Made by a program: the position numbers and the translations under genes. This document shows positions 13,751-27,367 of a stretch of DNA of 64,000 nt, in pieces. Position 1 is the first letter of the stretch, and every line of letters begins with the position of its first letter. The notes beneath the pieces are model-generated. The model worked only from the letters and a program-made list of their open reading frames with translations. It was not told the DNA's origin and made no database searches. This DNA comes from the human T2T-CHM13v2.0 reference genome, Homo sapiens: the NCBI RefSeq assembly GCF_009914755.1, contig NC_060934.1; one strand, 5' to 3'.

Positions 13751-14541
13751 TGTTGCAAACCTATTACCTCTTATCTCCAAATCTGCCTTTGCTGCTCTGC
13801 TTACCAAACTGGAACTGGATCTAGTGAACATTTCTCCTTTGTCAACTGGCATGATATTAAGATTCACAAGCAGAGGGCACTAGAAAGAGATGGTAGGAGG
13901 GAGATTTCCTGCAAGGTTTCACTGTGCTGTCCTTTTTCTAGCTTCTGTGATGCCTGGCTGGTATGTGGGACACCCAGTGGAGCTCAGCTCCAGAGTTCCA
14001 GTAGCATCCACACAGGTAGCTTCCAGTTGAGTGTCACAGGGACCCCTGCTGGTTTCTCAGAAACTTCAACATGCCCCATTGAGAGATAATTCCTGGTGGC
14101 CTCCTGGCAAGCAATTATTTCAGCTTCCCAGCTTGTTCAACAGCAAATATTTCCTTTCTTCCACAAGAGCCCCCCACCAAGTTTCTTTTGTCATAGTCAA
14201 TGGTTTACTGTTTGCCAACTTTGGCCTGAAGCACCTCAGCAAAATTCTCTGCCATCAAGTGGGACATAGCCACTGCCTCTCCAGTGGTTTAAATCTCTGC
14301 CTCTTCATGGGAGGGTGTCTCTCTCACATTTCTTCTTCCTTTGTTACTCTGTTTCAGTTGCAGGGATAGTAGTTATTCCCTATAGCTGATATTCCTCTAT
14401 TCTTTAGAATTTTTCTTTATCCCTTAGGAGCCAACCACCTGTCACTCTAGTTACCAATTACCAGTTAATAACTTTATATTAAATGTTCTATGTTCAAGTT
14501 GCTGTGTGATTTTGGTCTCCTGCATAGATTGTGACTGATGA
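13751..14541 (+). mobile_element. LTR41/LTR33-family ERVL solo LTR
   Basis: ctccaaatctgcctttgctgctctgc..catttctcctttg..gagggcactaga 5' part; attaaa..tgtgattttggtctcctg..tgactgat 3' end; about 790 bp. Confidence 0.65.
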
Positions 14542-14572
14542 AACTACCATTTGACTTCACAATTCTGCTTCT

Positions 14573-14879
14573 CTCTCTCTCTCTTTTTTTTTTTTTCTGT
14601 TGAGACGGAGTCTCGCTCTGTCACCCAGGCTGGAATGCAGTGGCATGATCTTGGCTTGCTGCAGTCTCCACCTTCTAGGTTCAAGCGATTCTCCTGCCTA
14701 ACCCTCCCAGATACCTGGGATTACAGGCATGAGCCACCACACCTGGCTAATTTTTGTATTTTTAGTAGAAATGGGGTTTCGCCATGTTGGCCAGGCTGGT
14801 CTCAAACTCCTGACCTCAGGTGATACACCCGCCTCGGACTCAGTGCTAGGATTACAGGCGTGAGCCACTACACCCAGCC
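14573..14879 (-). mobile_element. AluS (Sx-like)
   Basis: Antisense dimer; TSD caattctg(c/t)ttct. Confidence 0.95.
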
Positions 14880-15208
14880 AATTCTGTTTCTTTGAATGTA
14901 TAAACAAAATATATATAAAGATTTTACAGTATCATATGGTGAACTTTAGAAACGTTGTCCATGTTCCCTTATGGAACACTGATAAGACAATACTGGAAGT
15001 TTTGAAATGGGCTTCCTGTGACTGAATTTGGGACATTATGAGCATCCAAAAATGAATTTTATTAATGGATTATAAACCATTGACACAGACAATAATCCAT
15101 AAGACCATAATTTAAAATAATAAACTATATGTGGTGGAAACATTCTTTACAAAAGAATATCAGTTAAGAATTATAGAAATTGTTATAGGATTTTAAAAAT
15201 CACCATTT

Positions 15209-15354
15209 TATTTTATTTATTTATGTATTTATTTTAATGAGACAGGGTCTCACCACGTTGCCCGGGCTGGTTTTGAACTCATGGGCTCAAGCAATCTGCC
15301 CACCTCGGCCTCCCAAAGTGCCGGGATTACAGGCATGAGCCACCAAACCTGGCC
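15209..15354 (-). mobile_element. FLAM_C free left Alu monomer
   Basis: Single arm with TSD aaaaatcaccattt. Confidence 0.9.
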
Positions 15355-16037
15355 AAAAATCACCATTTAAAAATGAATAATAAGTTAAAAATTGATTCAG
15401 GCATGCATCATTAATGGTCACTTTAGCAACCCTTTGTAAAAGGTTGTTGGGGGTGGGATAGTCATGTAATCTCAAGTATCAACCCAAAGACTGTTAAATA
15501 CAAACAGAGAGAATTACCTCTAAAATCAGGAAAAAAGGCAAACTTTTTGTAAACCAAGTTACCAAATTCAGCATTATTAGAAGCCAGAGAAACTATTATG
15601 TGACTTAATGTAATGCAATGGGAAGTACAACCTCACCAATGCAGTATTCTTGCCAGCAACATTTAACCTGAATCTTCTCATGAAGAAACAGTCAGACACA
15701 TCTATATCATGTGGACTGTCCTTCCTGACAACTGGCATGTATTCTTTAAAAATGTCAATAGCTTGAAAGGAAAAATCTGAAAAGGTGCATGTAGTGAGGG
15801 AGAGAATGAGGAGGAGAACTCTTCTAGATTAAAGGAAACCAAAGAGACATGATAACTAAATGTATGTGGATCTTTCATTGATTTATCATTTGGCTTTTGT
15901 GGCATAACAACCAAGTATGGAGTCTCAGTGACATACAATGATAAGCACTTATTTTGCTCATGGATGTGGGGATTGGCTGGGGTGTCTCTGCTACCATACG
16001 GTTATTTCAGAGCACAATTTCTATGCTAGGAAAGCTC

Positions 16038-16318
16038 TTTTTTTTTTTCTTTTTTTTGAGGCAGGGTCTTGCTCTGTTGCCCAGGCTGGAGTGCAGTGAC
16101 ATGATCATGGGCATACTGCAGCCTTAACCTCCTAGGTACAAGGGATCCTCCCACCTCAACCTCTCAAGTAGCTGGAACTACAGGCAAGCACAATCATGCA
16201 CAGATAATTTTGTTTTGTTTTGTTTTGTTTGTAGAGGTGAGGGCTCACTATGTTGCCCAGCCTAGTCTTGAACTCCTGGACTCAAGGGACTGCCTGCCTA
16301 GGGCCAACACACCCTGCA
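16038..16318 (-). mobile_element. AluJ with deletion in the left arm
   Basis: gcagggtcttgctctgttgccc..gcagcc J-type diagnostics; TSD agga(a)agctcttt. Confidence 0.85.
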
Positions 16319-16783
16319 GGAAGCTCTTTTCATGGAACTATGGAAAGAAACACACAAGCCAGCACATTTGAAAGCCTTCTAACAGTTCACTGGTTGGAGA
16401 GAGTCACATGGCTGGAGCCAAATCCAAGAGAAGGGAGAGTGAATAGTTTTGGATATTTATCTAAGGTACCAAAATTGGATCCTGGATCAAAATTTAAAAA
16501 ATAGTTGCATGAGCTTTATGTTTAAAGACTGCATATAAGATAGTATTTTCTGTAAGTTTTATATTTTATGGGTATGATACAGTTATTTTGGTTATTTGGG
16601 AGAATATCCTAATTCTTAGTAGATAAACATCGAAGTTGTGAGGAGTGAAATGAATGTCATTATTGCTAAAAGTTACTTTCAAATAGTTTAGCAATAACAT
16701 CAAAGTATACTTGTATGTATATATACTTATATGTATGTATACTTATATATATGTAATACACTTATATGTATGTATCATCTGTG

Positions 16784-17129
16784 TGCTACAGACTGAAAGT
16801 GTCCTCCCAAATTTATATGTTGAAATCCTAGCCCCCAATGCTATAATATTGTAAGTGAGGCCTTTGATAGGTAATTTGGTCATGAGAGCAGAGCCCTCAT
16901 GAATAAGATTAGTGCCCTGAAGAGCTCCCTCACCCCTCCCACCATGAAAGGACACAGCAAGACAATGGCCATCTATGAATCAGGAAGTGGCCCCTCACCA
17001 GACACTAATTCTGCTGAGAATTTGACCTTGGGCTTCCCATTCTCCAGAACTATGAGAAATAAATTTCTGGTGGTTATAAGTTACCCAGTCTCTAGTACTC
17101 TATTATAACATATCAAATGGACTAAGACT
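16784..17129 (+). mobile_element. MLT1A0-like MaLR solo LTR
   Basis: tatatgttgaaatccta, ctcatgaat..gattagtgccct, agaactatgagaaataaattt, ggactaagac end. Confidence 0.85.
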
Positions 17130-18142
17130 CTCTATCTGCCTATCCATGTATCTATGTATCTATCTATCATCTATCATCAAATGGAAATGTGGCACATATT
17201 AACAGTTGATAGATATAAGTGAAGGGTACATGTGTACACCTCTTTTACATGTTTTTGTATGGTTGAAATTTTTGAAAAAAAGAAAATGTGTTTATGTTTG
17301 TTTGTTTTTCATCTACTGTTTGTGGGTGTGGGAGAAGTGTGGCCACAGAACCAGAAGTCTTGAAGAAAGTTTGTTTTTCTGACAGTCTAGGGCAAAGCTT
17401 ATTTTCCCACGTGAATAAGAGTGTCCAGTCTTCAGAGAGCATTAGATTCCCATAGAGAAACAGACCGGCCACCCATGGTTCCTTTGGAAGGTTGCACAGC
17501 ATTATTGGTTCCAGGAAAGCTTAGGGGGATTGCATTAATGGCCTGAATTACACTCACTCTGGGGTAAGGAACTGTCTGTGTCTCACGTATGCCTGAGAGA
17601 ATCTGAAAACCAAGAGTCCTCACAACATCTTTAATTTATGGATCTCAGTTTGACAATTTGCTGCTAGTCCACTTAATAATTTCAGCACTTGCCATTTCAC
17701 CATTTTCCCAGTTACTTCATCAGCTTCATATAGAGTAAGAGAAAAAATGTATTACAAACAATTTGAGGATACTCAGTAATTTGAGGAGGGAGTACAAAGT
17801 GGAAGATCCGAAATGTTGGCTCACATTGATGGAAAACTAGTTAAATGTATATAAAATAACATGAAAAAAATAGAAAAAAAGTGCAATTTTTTTAATGGTG
17901 GTGAATGAGCTGATTTTGAAATTTCTATGATAGAAAAAAAGGCTGGGAATAGCCAAGATAATTTTTAAAAAGAATAAGAGGATTTGACCCATTAGGTATC
18001 AAATGTGTGGTAAGCAGGATACTGGAGAATAGTCTCCACTGGCAAATGACTAATGGACCTGACTAAAGAGCACTGAAATAGACTGAAATACATATAAAAA
18101 TTAGATATATAAAGGAGGTTGAATTGTAGGTTAGAAAGAAAA

Positions 18143-20578
18143 ATTCTTGCACTGCCATAAAGAAATACCCGAGACTGAGTAATTTAAATAAAAGAGATTT
18201 AATTGACTCATAGTTCTGCAGGCTGTACAGCATCTGCTTCTGGGGAGTCCTCAGGGAGTGTCCAATCATGGCAGAAGGCAAAGGGAGAGCAGATACATCA
18301 CATGGCAAGAGCAGGACCAAGAGAGAGAGTGGAGAGATGCCACTTTCGAATGACCAGATCTCATGAGAACTCACTCACTATTGCGAGGACAGTACCAAGT
18401 GGACGGTGTGAAAATATTCATGAGAAATCTGCCCCATGATTCAATCACCTCCCACCAGTTCCAACCTCCAACACTGGGGATTACATTTCATGAGATTTGG
18501 GTGGGGACACACATCCAGACTGTGTCATTCTGACCTTGGTACTGCCAAAATCTTGTGTCCTTCTAACATTTCAAAATACAATCATGCCTTCCAAATAATC
18601 CCTCAGTCTTAACTCATTCCAGTGTTAACTCAAAAGCCCAAAGTCCAATGTCTGAAGTCTCATCTGAGACAAGGCAAGTTCTTTTCACCTATGAGCCTGT
18701 AAAAGCAAAAACTAGTTAATTACTTTCAAGATACAGTGGGGGTACAAGCATCAGGTAAATATTCCCATTTCAAAAGTGATAAATCAGCCAAAAGAAAGGT
18801 GTTACAGGCCCCATGCACGTCCAAAACCCAGCAGGGCAGTTACTGAATCTTAAAGCTCCAAAATAATCTCCTTTGACTCCATGTCCCACATCCAGGGCAC
18901 ATTGATGCAATCTTGTGGGCTTCTAAGGCCTTGGGCAGCTCCACCCCTGTGGCTTTGCATGGTTCTGTCCCCAGGGCTGGCCTCAAGGCCTGGAGTTGAA
19001 TGCTTGTGGCTTTTTCATGCACAAGGTGCAAGCTGCTGGTGGTTCTACCATTCTGGGGTCTGGAGGAGGTTGGTGGCCTTCTTCTCATAGCTCCACTAGG
19101 CAGTGCTCCAGTGGGGGCTCTGTGTTGGGGTTCCAACCCCACATTCTCCCTCTGTACTGCCCTAGTAGAGGTACTCTGTGAGGGCTTTGCCCCTGCAGCA
19201 GGCATCTGCCTGGACACTCAGGCTTTTCTATACATCCTGTGAAATCTAGGTGGCGGCTCCCAAGCCTCAACTCTTGCACTTTGTGTACCTTCAGGCTTAG
19301 TACCACATAGAAGCCACTGAGGCTTACAGCTTGTATCCTCTGAAGCAGTGGCCTGAGCTGTACCTGGGCCCTTTTAAGCCACAGCTAGAGCTGAAGTTTC
19401 CAGGAAGCAGGGAGCAGTGTCTTGAGGCTGCACAGGGCCCTGGGCTTGGCTCACAAAACCATTCTGTCTTTCTAGGCCTCAGAGCCTGTGATGGGAGGGG
19501 CTGCATCTTAGATAGCTGAAATGACTTTGAGGCCCTTTTCCCATTGTCTTGGCTATCAGCACTTGTCTTCTTTTTAGTTATGCAAATTTCTCTAGCAAGT
19601 GGTTGCTCAGCAGCCCACTTGAATTCCTCTCCTAAACACAGGCTTTTCTTTCCTACCACAAGGCCAGGCTGCACATTTTCCAAGCTTTTATGCTCTATTT
19701 CCCTTTTAAATATAAGTTCCAGTATATTTCTTTGGTTCTGCATCTGAGTGTAGGCTGTTAGAAGCAGCCACACCACTTCTTGAACACTGCTGCTTAGAAA
19801 TTTATTCTGCCAGATATCCCAGGTCATCACTCTCAAGCTCAAACTTGCACAGTTCTTAGGACATGGGCACAATACAGCCAAGTTCTTTGCTAAGGCATAA
19901 TGCTTGTGACCTTTGCTCCAGGTCCCAATAAGTTGCTCATTTCCAACTGAGACTTCAGTAGCCTAGATTTCACTGTCCATATCACTATCATCATTTTGGT
20001 CACAACTATTTAACCAGTCTCTAAGAAGTTTCAAATTTTCCCTCATTTTCCTGTTTTCTTCTGAGCACTTTATACTCTTCCAATCTCTGCCTGTTACCCA
20101 GTTAAGAAGTTGCTTCCACATTTTCAGGTATCTTTATAGCAATGCCCCTATCCTCAGTACCAATTATCTGTACTAGTCTGTTCTTACACTGCTATAAAGA
20201 AATACCTGAGGCTGGGTAATTTATAAGAAAAGAGATTTAATTGGTCCATGATTCTTCAGGCTGTACAGGAAGCATAGTGGCATCTGCTTCTGGGGAAGCC
20301 TCAGGGAGCTTCCAAACATGGCATAAGGCAAAAAGAAAGCAGGCACATCATATAACGAAAATAGGAAAAGAGAGAGAGGAGAAAGGTGCCACACGCTTTG
20401 AAATGACCAGATTTCATGAGAACTCACTATTGCAAGGACAGCATCAAGGGGATGGTGCTAACTATTCGTAAGAAATCTGCCCCATGATCTAATCATCTCC
20501 TGTTAGATGGGACCTCCAACGTTGAGGATTACATTTCGATATGAGATTTGGGTGGTGACACACATCCAAATTATATCA
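18143..20578 (-). mobile_element. MSTA MaLR provirus: 3' LTR 18143-18527, internal 18528-20168, 5' LTR 20169-20578
   Basis: Two homologous direct LTRs flanking about 1.6 kb MaLR internal sequence; aattggtac leader next to the 5' LTR; minus ORFs of 185 aa and 125 aa are remnants of the MaLR internal ORF; inserted into L1M. Confidence 0.9.
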
Positions 20579-20786
20579 AGAGACTATATAAAAATTATGC
20601 GGAGACACTTTGTTATCTACAAGTGAAGAATAAAACTTAAAGGAGTTTTCTACTGCATGCCATACAGAAAAATAAAACTTTGCTAAAGACATAAATATAA
20701 AAAGCAAAATTAAAAACTCTTAAAATGTAGGAGCAAATCTTTATGATCTTGAATAGGAAAAGAATTCTTAACATCAAATCCTGTAA

Positions 20787-21139
<353 letters not shown>

Positions 21140-21449
21140 TGACAGTCAAAACTTCTTTGCCTCAAGTGAGACCATTAAAAACTGAAAAGATATGCCACAC
21201 TCTAGGATAAGATAATTATAAGGTTTAATCTGCAAATAATTAGTGCCCACAATATTTAAAGAATCCTGCATTTTAATATGAGAAATATGAAGAGGTAATT
21301 CTTGGCTAATAAGGTAAAGATATAAACAAAAGGCAAAATAACATCACAGTGAGATATTATTTCATGTACTTCATTTTTATAAAAATTTTAAAAAGTTGGT
21401 TTCATTACTAAGTACTGTCTAAGATGTAGCTTGCTTACAACTCTTAACA

Positions 21450-22429
21450 TGGAGGGTGTTACCAACCTGGTGTACAGGAGCTGGAGAGCCAGTCTTTAAG
21501 GGCATTCATCAAGATATCCCCATCCCATATATCAAGGACCCAAGTTTCTCTGACCAGGACTTGAAATAACAGACCTGCATTAGCACTCAACCATATTTAA
21601 AGGTTTGTAACTCTAAATATTAAATTTCCAGTTTTTTTGTCTTTAGCTGTTTCTACTCTTCCAAGATAGGGAATAAGGGGCTCTTTGTAAGTTACATTAA
21701 TAGATCCTCTAGCCTGCATACTTTCAATTAGTTGTTAATGGCACAAAGTTTTCATTATCTGTCTGTAGGGCATCTATATAGTTAGTGATAATTAGCCAAT
21801 TCCACAGTACTTATATGCACTGATTCTGTTACTTCTCAAATGCCAGTGGACCAGCCAGGGTGGTCTCCTACACTACAATACTTTCCCAACTCACCACTGA
21901 TGAAAGTTTAAACAATTGGTTCACTATCTTGTGCCATGTGCCCCACATACCATACAGTTATTATTGCCAGTCAAACACAGAACAATCCAGTCTAAAAACC
22001 CCATTGCACTGCCTGCTTCCTCATAATATGCCTGCTACCAACTGTACTAGTTGGGTGCTTTAGGCATCAAATTGAGTTAGGATTATGAGTTTATTGGAGA
22101 GTAATATTTCTAAATGATAAAAGGGAAAGGATCAGGATTGAGCAGAGAAAGACTTCATACCGTGATGCTTATCTGACAGTCTGGGACAACCCAGAGGAAA
22201 TTCCCATTAGTGGAATTGGCTTTGGCAAGGATGGTCTGGCTCTGGTAACCTTACTCCGTTCAGTCATTCCTTGTAGACTGACCAGGAAGAGTGAGACCTC
22301 AGATCAAAAGATGATGTAGGTCCTGAAGGTGCCACCAGCTACAGGCTATCAGTTAACTGTAGTCCTTACAGTTGAATGACAAGTTACTTCTTAAAGGAAG
22401 ATCTCAGTGGTAAACCTCTCTTGTTGCCA
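21450..22429 (-). mobile_element. LTR16-type ERVL LTR (22043-22429) with adjacent leader/gag internal remnant
   Basis: gagtttattgg, aggattgagcagagaaagacttca, tcagtcatt, gtcctgaaggtgcc LTR16-like motifs; minus strand reads TACA-GTTGGTAGCA at the LTR/internal junction (PBS-like). Confidence 0.6.
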
Positions 22430-22476
22430 AGTCCTGAAGGGAAATGAATGCTTTTATGTTCACCACAAGACAGATG

Positions 22477-22556
22477 TTAGGTTAACCATCTTAAACTGCA
22501 GATATTCAACTATTTCTGGCCCCCCAAACTCCAGTATTTATGGTTCATCAATCCAA
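22477..22556. mobile_element. MADE2-like mariner MITE
   Basis: ttaggttaaccat..gatattcaac..tatggttca, about 80 bp, palindromic ends. Confidence 0.6.
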
Positions 22557-22579
22557 TACTAAAATATTTATATTTAAAT

Positions 22580-23365
22580 TATACATAATAGCTCCAAACT
22601 AAAACTAATCCAGATATCCATCAACAGTGAATGGCTTTGCAATGCATATTATATTCATGCAATTTATGCTGCACTGCGCTGATGACTTATGCAGATAGTA
22701 CGATGTACAATATAGATGAATTCTATACTGCAACGTAATGTTGAAGAAAAAAGCCAAATACAGAAGAGTACACATTGTATGGCTTCATTTATGTAAAGTT
22801 TAAAAGCACATAAAATTAACTAAACATGGAGGCTACTGTAGAGCTGGAAATTTTCTATATCTTGTTCTACATACTGGCCTATACATGCATATAAACAAGT
22901 AAAAATTTATTGCACTGAAGACTTAAGATCTGTATATGTTTATATATATATATATACACACACATATATACATATGGAAATATAAAATATGTATACAAAC
23001 ATATATACATATGGAAATATATAAAGGGTATTACTGCAGTGTGTTTGTAGTAAAAAATATAGAAACTATATGGTATATTCATATGATGCAATATTATATG
23101 GCAGTGAAATACAGAAACTAAAACCAACTTATAAACCTTAAATGATGACTTTAAAAACTACCTTTTGAAGTAATGTTTGTCATATTTCCATTTATGAAAA
23201 ATTTCAAAATGATTCCAAATCAGATATGCTGTTTATAAATAGTAAAACATAAAATATATGGCATAGAAAATAGATATCAAAATCATGACAATTGTTTCTA
23301 GGAAAGGAGCAAAAAGATTGAAACTAGAAAAGGGAATAAGGCGTACTTTAACTATGTTAATAATA
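22580..23365 (+). mobile_element. L1ME 3' end fragments with TA-rich tract
   Basis: tatccatcaacagtgaatgg, aatgttgaagaaaaaagccaaatacagaagagtacacattgtatg. Confidence 0.6.
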
Positions 23366-23373
23366 TAATGCCT

Positions 23374-24590
23374 TTTATTGAAGAGACGGTCCTTTTCCCA
23401 TTGTGTGTTCTTGGCATCTTTGTCAAAAAAAACAATTGACCATAAATGCATGGGTTCATTTCTGGGCTCTTTATTCTGTTCCAAATGGCTAATAGATGTA
23501 AGAAAAAAATGCTCACTATCACTAATCATTAGGGCAATACAAATTAAAACCACAATAAGATAGCATTCCACATCTGTTAGTGACTATTCAAAAGATAAAA
23601 TGTAACAGTTGTTGGTGAGGATGTGGAGAAAAGATAACTGTTGTACACTGTTGGTGGAAATGTAAATTAGCACAGCCATTATGGAAAACTGTATGGAGGT
23701 TCCTTGAAAAAATAAAAATAGAATTACCATATAATTTAGTAATTCCACTTCTAAGTATATAGCTAAAGGAAATGAAATCAGTTATGGCAAAGAGATATCT
23801 GCACTCTCATGTTCATTGCAGCACTATTCGCAATAGCCAAATTATGGAAACAACCTAAATGTCTGTCAGTGAATGAATGGATAGAGAAAATGTGATATAT
23901 ATATACAATGGAATATTATTCACCCTTAAAAAAGAAGGAAATTCTATCATTTGCAATAATGTGGATTAAACTGGAGAATATTATGCTAAGTGAAATAAGC
24001 CAGACACAGAAAGGCAAATACCACATTTTCATACATATGTTAAATTTAAAACAATCAAACTCGTAGAAGCAGAGTGTAGAAAAATGATTACCAGAGGCTG
24101 GAGGCTGGGAGGAGTGAGGAGATGTTGATCAAAAGGTATAAAGTTTCAGTTAAAAAGCAGAGTAAATTTTTTGAGATTTGTTGCACAGCAAAGTGACTGC
24201 AGTTAACACTAATGTATTACATACATATATCATAGCATCACTTTGTACCCCATAAATATAGATGAATATAATTTTTTTTTTTTGAGACAGAGTCTCATTC
24301 TGTCACACAGGCTGGAGTGCAGTGGCGCAATCTCAGCTCACTGCAACCTTCACCTCTAGGTTCAAAAGATTCTCCTGCCTCAGCCTCCTGAGTAGCTGGG
24401 ATTACAGGCATGTGCCATCACATTAGCACGTTAGCTTGGCTAATTTTTGCATTTTTAGTAGAGATGGGATTTTGCCATGTTGGCCAGGTTGGTCTCAAAC
24501 TCCTGGCTTCAGGTAATCTGCCTGTCTCAGCCTCCCAAAGTGCTGGGATTAAAGGCATGAGCTGCTGTAATTTTTAATTTATAAAAAATG
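23374..24590 (+). mobile_element. L1MA 3' end with 5' inverted segment (23374-23483), interrupted by Alu
   Basis: Minus piece encodes DKDAKNTQWEKDRLFNK; plus piece KKCSLSLIIRAIQIKTTIR followed by L1MA 3' UTR. Confidence 0.85.
24272..24567 (-). mobile_element. AluS, slightly 5' truncated
   Basis: Poly-T plus antisense dimer. Confidence 0.93.
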
Positions 24591-26046
24591 CAGCAGAATT
24601 GCTGCAGCTTCACTTCCACTTTCCAAAACTTGTGAGTATTTTCTTATGGCCAGTCTTTATCTAGAATCTAATGGGGAAGAGAATACTAGGATATGCGTGT
24701 CCAGTTTAGCTAAGGTGACAGAGGAAAAAGCCACTACGCACACATCAGTATTTGTTATGTTATCCTTTGTACTTCTGGGGATTTAAATTGTTTCAAACTA
24801 GAAAAAAGGTCTGTGGTAGTAGGCAACAACTTAATAGGAGAGAATGGGGTTTTAAATTTTTCTTTTTATTTATATTCATTTTCTGATTAAAAACACACAC
24901 ACATGTCTTTTGTAGACTGAAAGCTCATTAGGAATAGTATCATAATTTTAAAAGAACCTCACTATTGTATCTCTAGTATCTTATATAACTCTCAATACAT
25001 ATTAGTTAAATAATAATAAAAGAAAAAATTATCAAGTATCTATTACTTGCCTAGTTCCTACTTCGAAGAATCAGGTTCTGACCATTTTCAGACATTCTTC
25101 TAGTAGATACAAAATGAATATTGGTGTTAACTGTTTTGAAAGAATCCAATTAATACTGCAAATTCCAGAGCCTTTCTGTCTGTCTTGGGCTAAGCCACAT
25201 ATAACCAGAGATCTACTGATCTCTGACTTTCTTATATATGTCTGATTCCTCTTTAAAAAATTATCATGTGGGCCTGCCTTATAGCACTATCAAATTGTTT
25301 GGTTTCTTTTTCTCGGCTTTCATGAGCAGCGTCATGCCAAGAAGTTTTTTTTTAATGATGTTAGTGGATTATCTGAGCCTTGGCAGGCAATTGTAGACCA
25401 AGCAAAGACAGATAGAGGTACAGAAGATGTGTAGCTCGGTAAGTTCTGTGCCTCCTCTCAGAAAATTTGGTCACTTTCCATATATGAGAATGTACTCCAT
25501 ACTTTGTGAATAGCTGGAGTCAAGTTCTGTGATCGAGTATTAAGGAACTGAGGTGTAAAATGACTTCTCACAGCCACATTCCTTAACATATTTCACCTCT
25601 ATTGATACAGAGTTTGCAATACATTTTGTTAAGTAGAGGAGCTCTGAATATATTGAGTTTTTCTACACAGAGATGAACATGTATTGATTTTTATTAGCTT
25701 GCAAGTTTTTCATCATATTATTTAGTCTAGAGGCCAGGAGATCTTATTGATTTGATTCTTTAGTCCTCACAATGGTTCTACAGTTGATTTTTTTTTAAGT
25801 TCTCAAATGGCTATTTAGTGTCCTCGCTTCTACCAAGGTGAACTGTTTTTCAAAAACTCCAAACATGGGAAACCCACTAAATGTGGTTTCTTTGTAGAAA
25901 GTTAAAAAACAAACAAAAAAAGGTGTCTGAGGTTTTTGCCATAAATAAAACGGCATTGTGCAAGTGTTATAAGGAAGAAAGAAAAACACAAATAATCAAT
26001 ATTTACTCTACAAATTGAAATTGATATTAATTGAAAGGAATTTTAG

Positions 26047-26531
<485 letters not shown>

Positions 26532-27367
26532 TTAGAGAGAAGTTGAGACTTTACCCCTAATCGTATATGCAGTGTATGATATGTTGGGCTGTGATAGATT
26601 ATTCCCTGCCACCCCCACGCCTGGGATAATTTATTTGTAATTACTTTAAGAACCTTGTTCATGGTCAAGGCGTGGTCAAAATAGAAGACAAATATGTTAA
26701 AGTCCTTATCTTTTATGTTTAAAAAGCACATTTGCAATGTAAATCAGGAAAATATTTCAAAGAAGCTATCAGGCAGTTTTTTGTTTGTTTGTTTTGACTT
26801 ATTCCTTTCTCCCTATGAGATAAAAGACCCTTGGTCCTAGGGAGGAGAGAAGAGTCTAGAAAGAAGTGTTAGATGGTGTGTGGGAGCTCTGTGCCCTGCC
26901 CCTCATTCCAGCCTGATCCAGATCTTGATAGTAGATGTGTGAAAATTTAGGAATCCCTGAGATGTGTAAGGCCTAGGGAAAAGTGAACCTCATAGAACCT
27001 CATCATGCTGCCACAGAGAACAGAAATAGTGATGCAGTATGTCTTGGCAAGAGGAGGTTGAAGACTTCCCAGACTGTGATGGGAGGCATCAAAAAGTGCC
27101 TATAGGTCCTTAAGATCATATGGATGTTAGCTGAGAGAAAGAAGCCCCTGAGCAGGCAAGGGGCTGGTGGCCAGGCTATGACAACTAGGGCAGCTTAATT
27201 GATCCATCCCATCAGGGATGGGATGATGACATAGCTACATCCTAATAGATTACTAGCATAGTGTAGAGCATGCTTAAGTGTCAGATGGAAAACAAAAAAA
27301 CAAACAAAAGAAAACGGTCATTTGAATCAAGAGGCAAGCAAGAACCAAAAGAAAGATGACTCCTTCC

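Larger units (their letters stand above)
14990..16710 (+). mobile_element. L1MC 3' UTR interrupted by FLAM, an MLT1 fragment and AluJ
   Basis: gtattcttgcc..atttaacctgaatct, agattaaagg..aaagagacatgataactaaatg, attggatcctgga L1MC motifs. Confidence 0.65.

Noticed and set aside
19324-19881. 185-aa ORF (and neighbouring 125-aa ORF) as a gene
   Set aside because: Lies in the MSTA internal region; frameshifted remnant of the MaLR ORF
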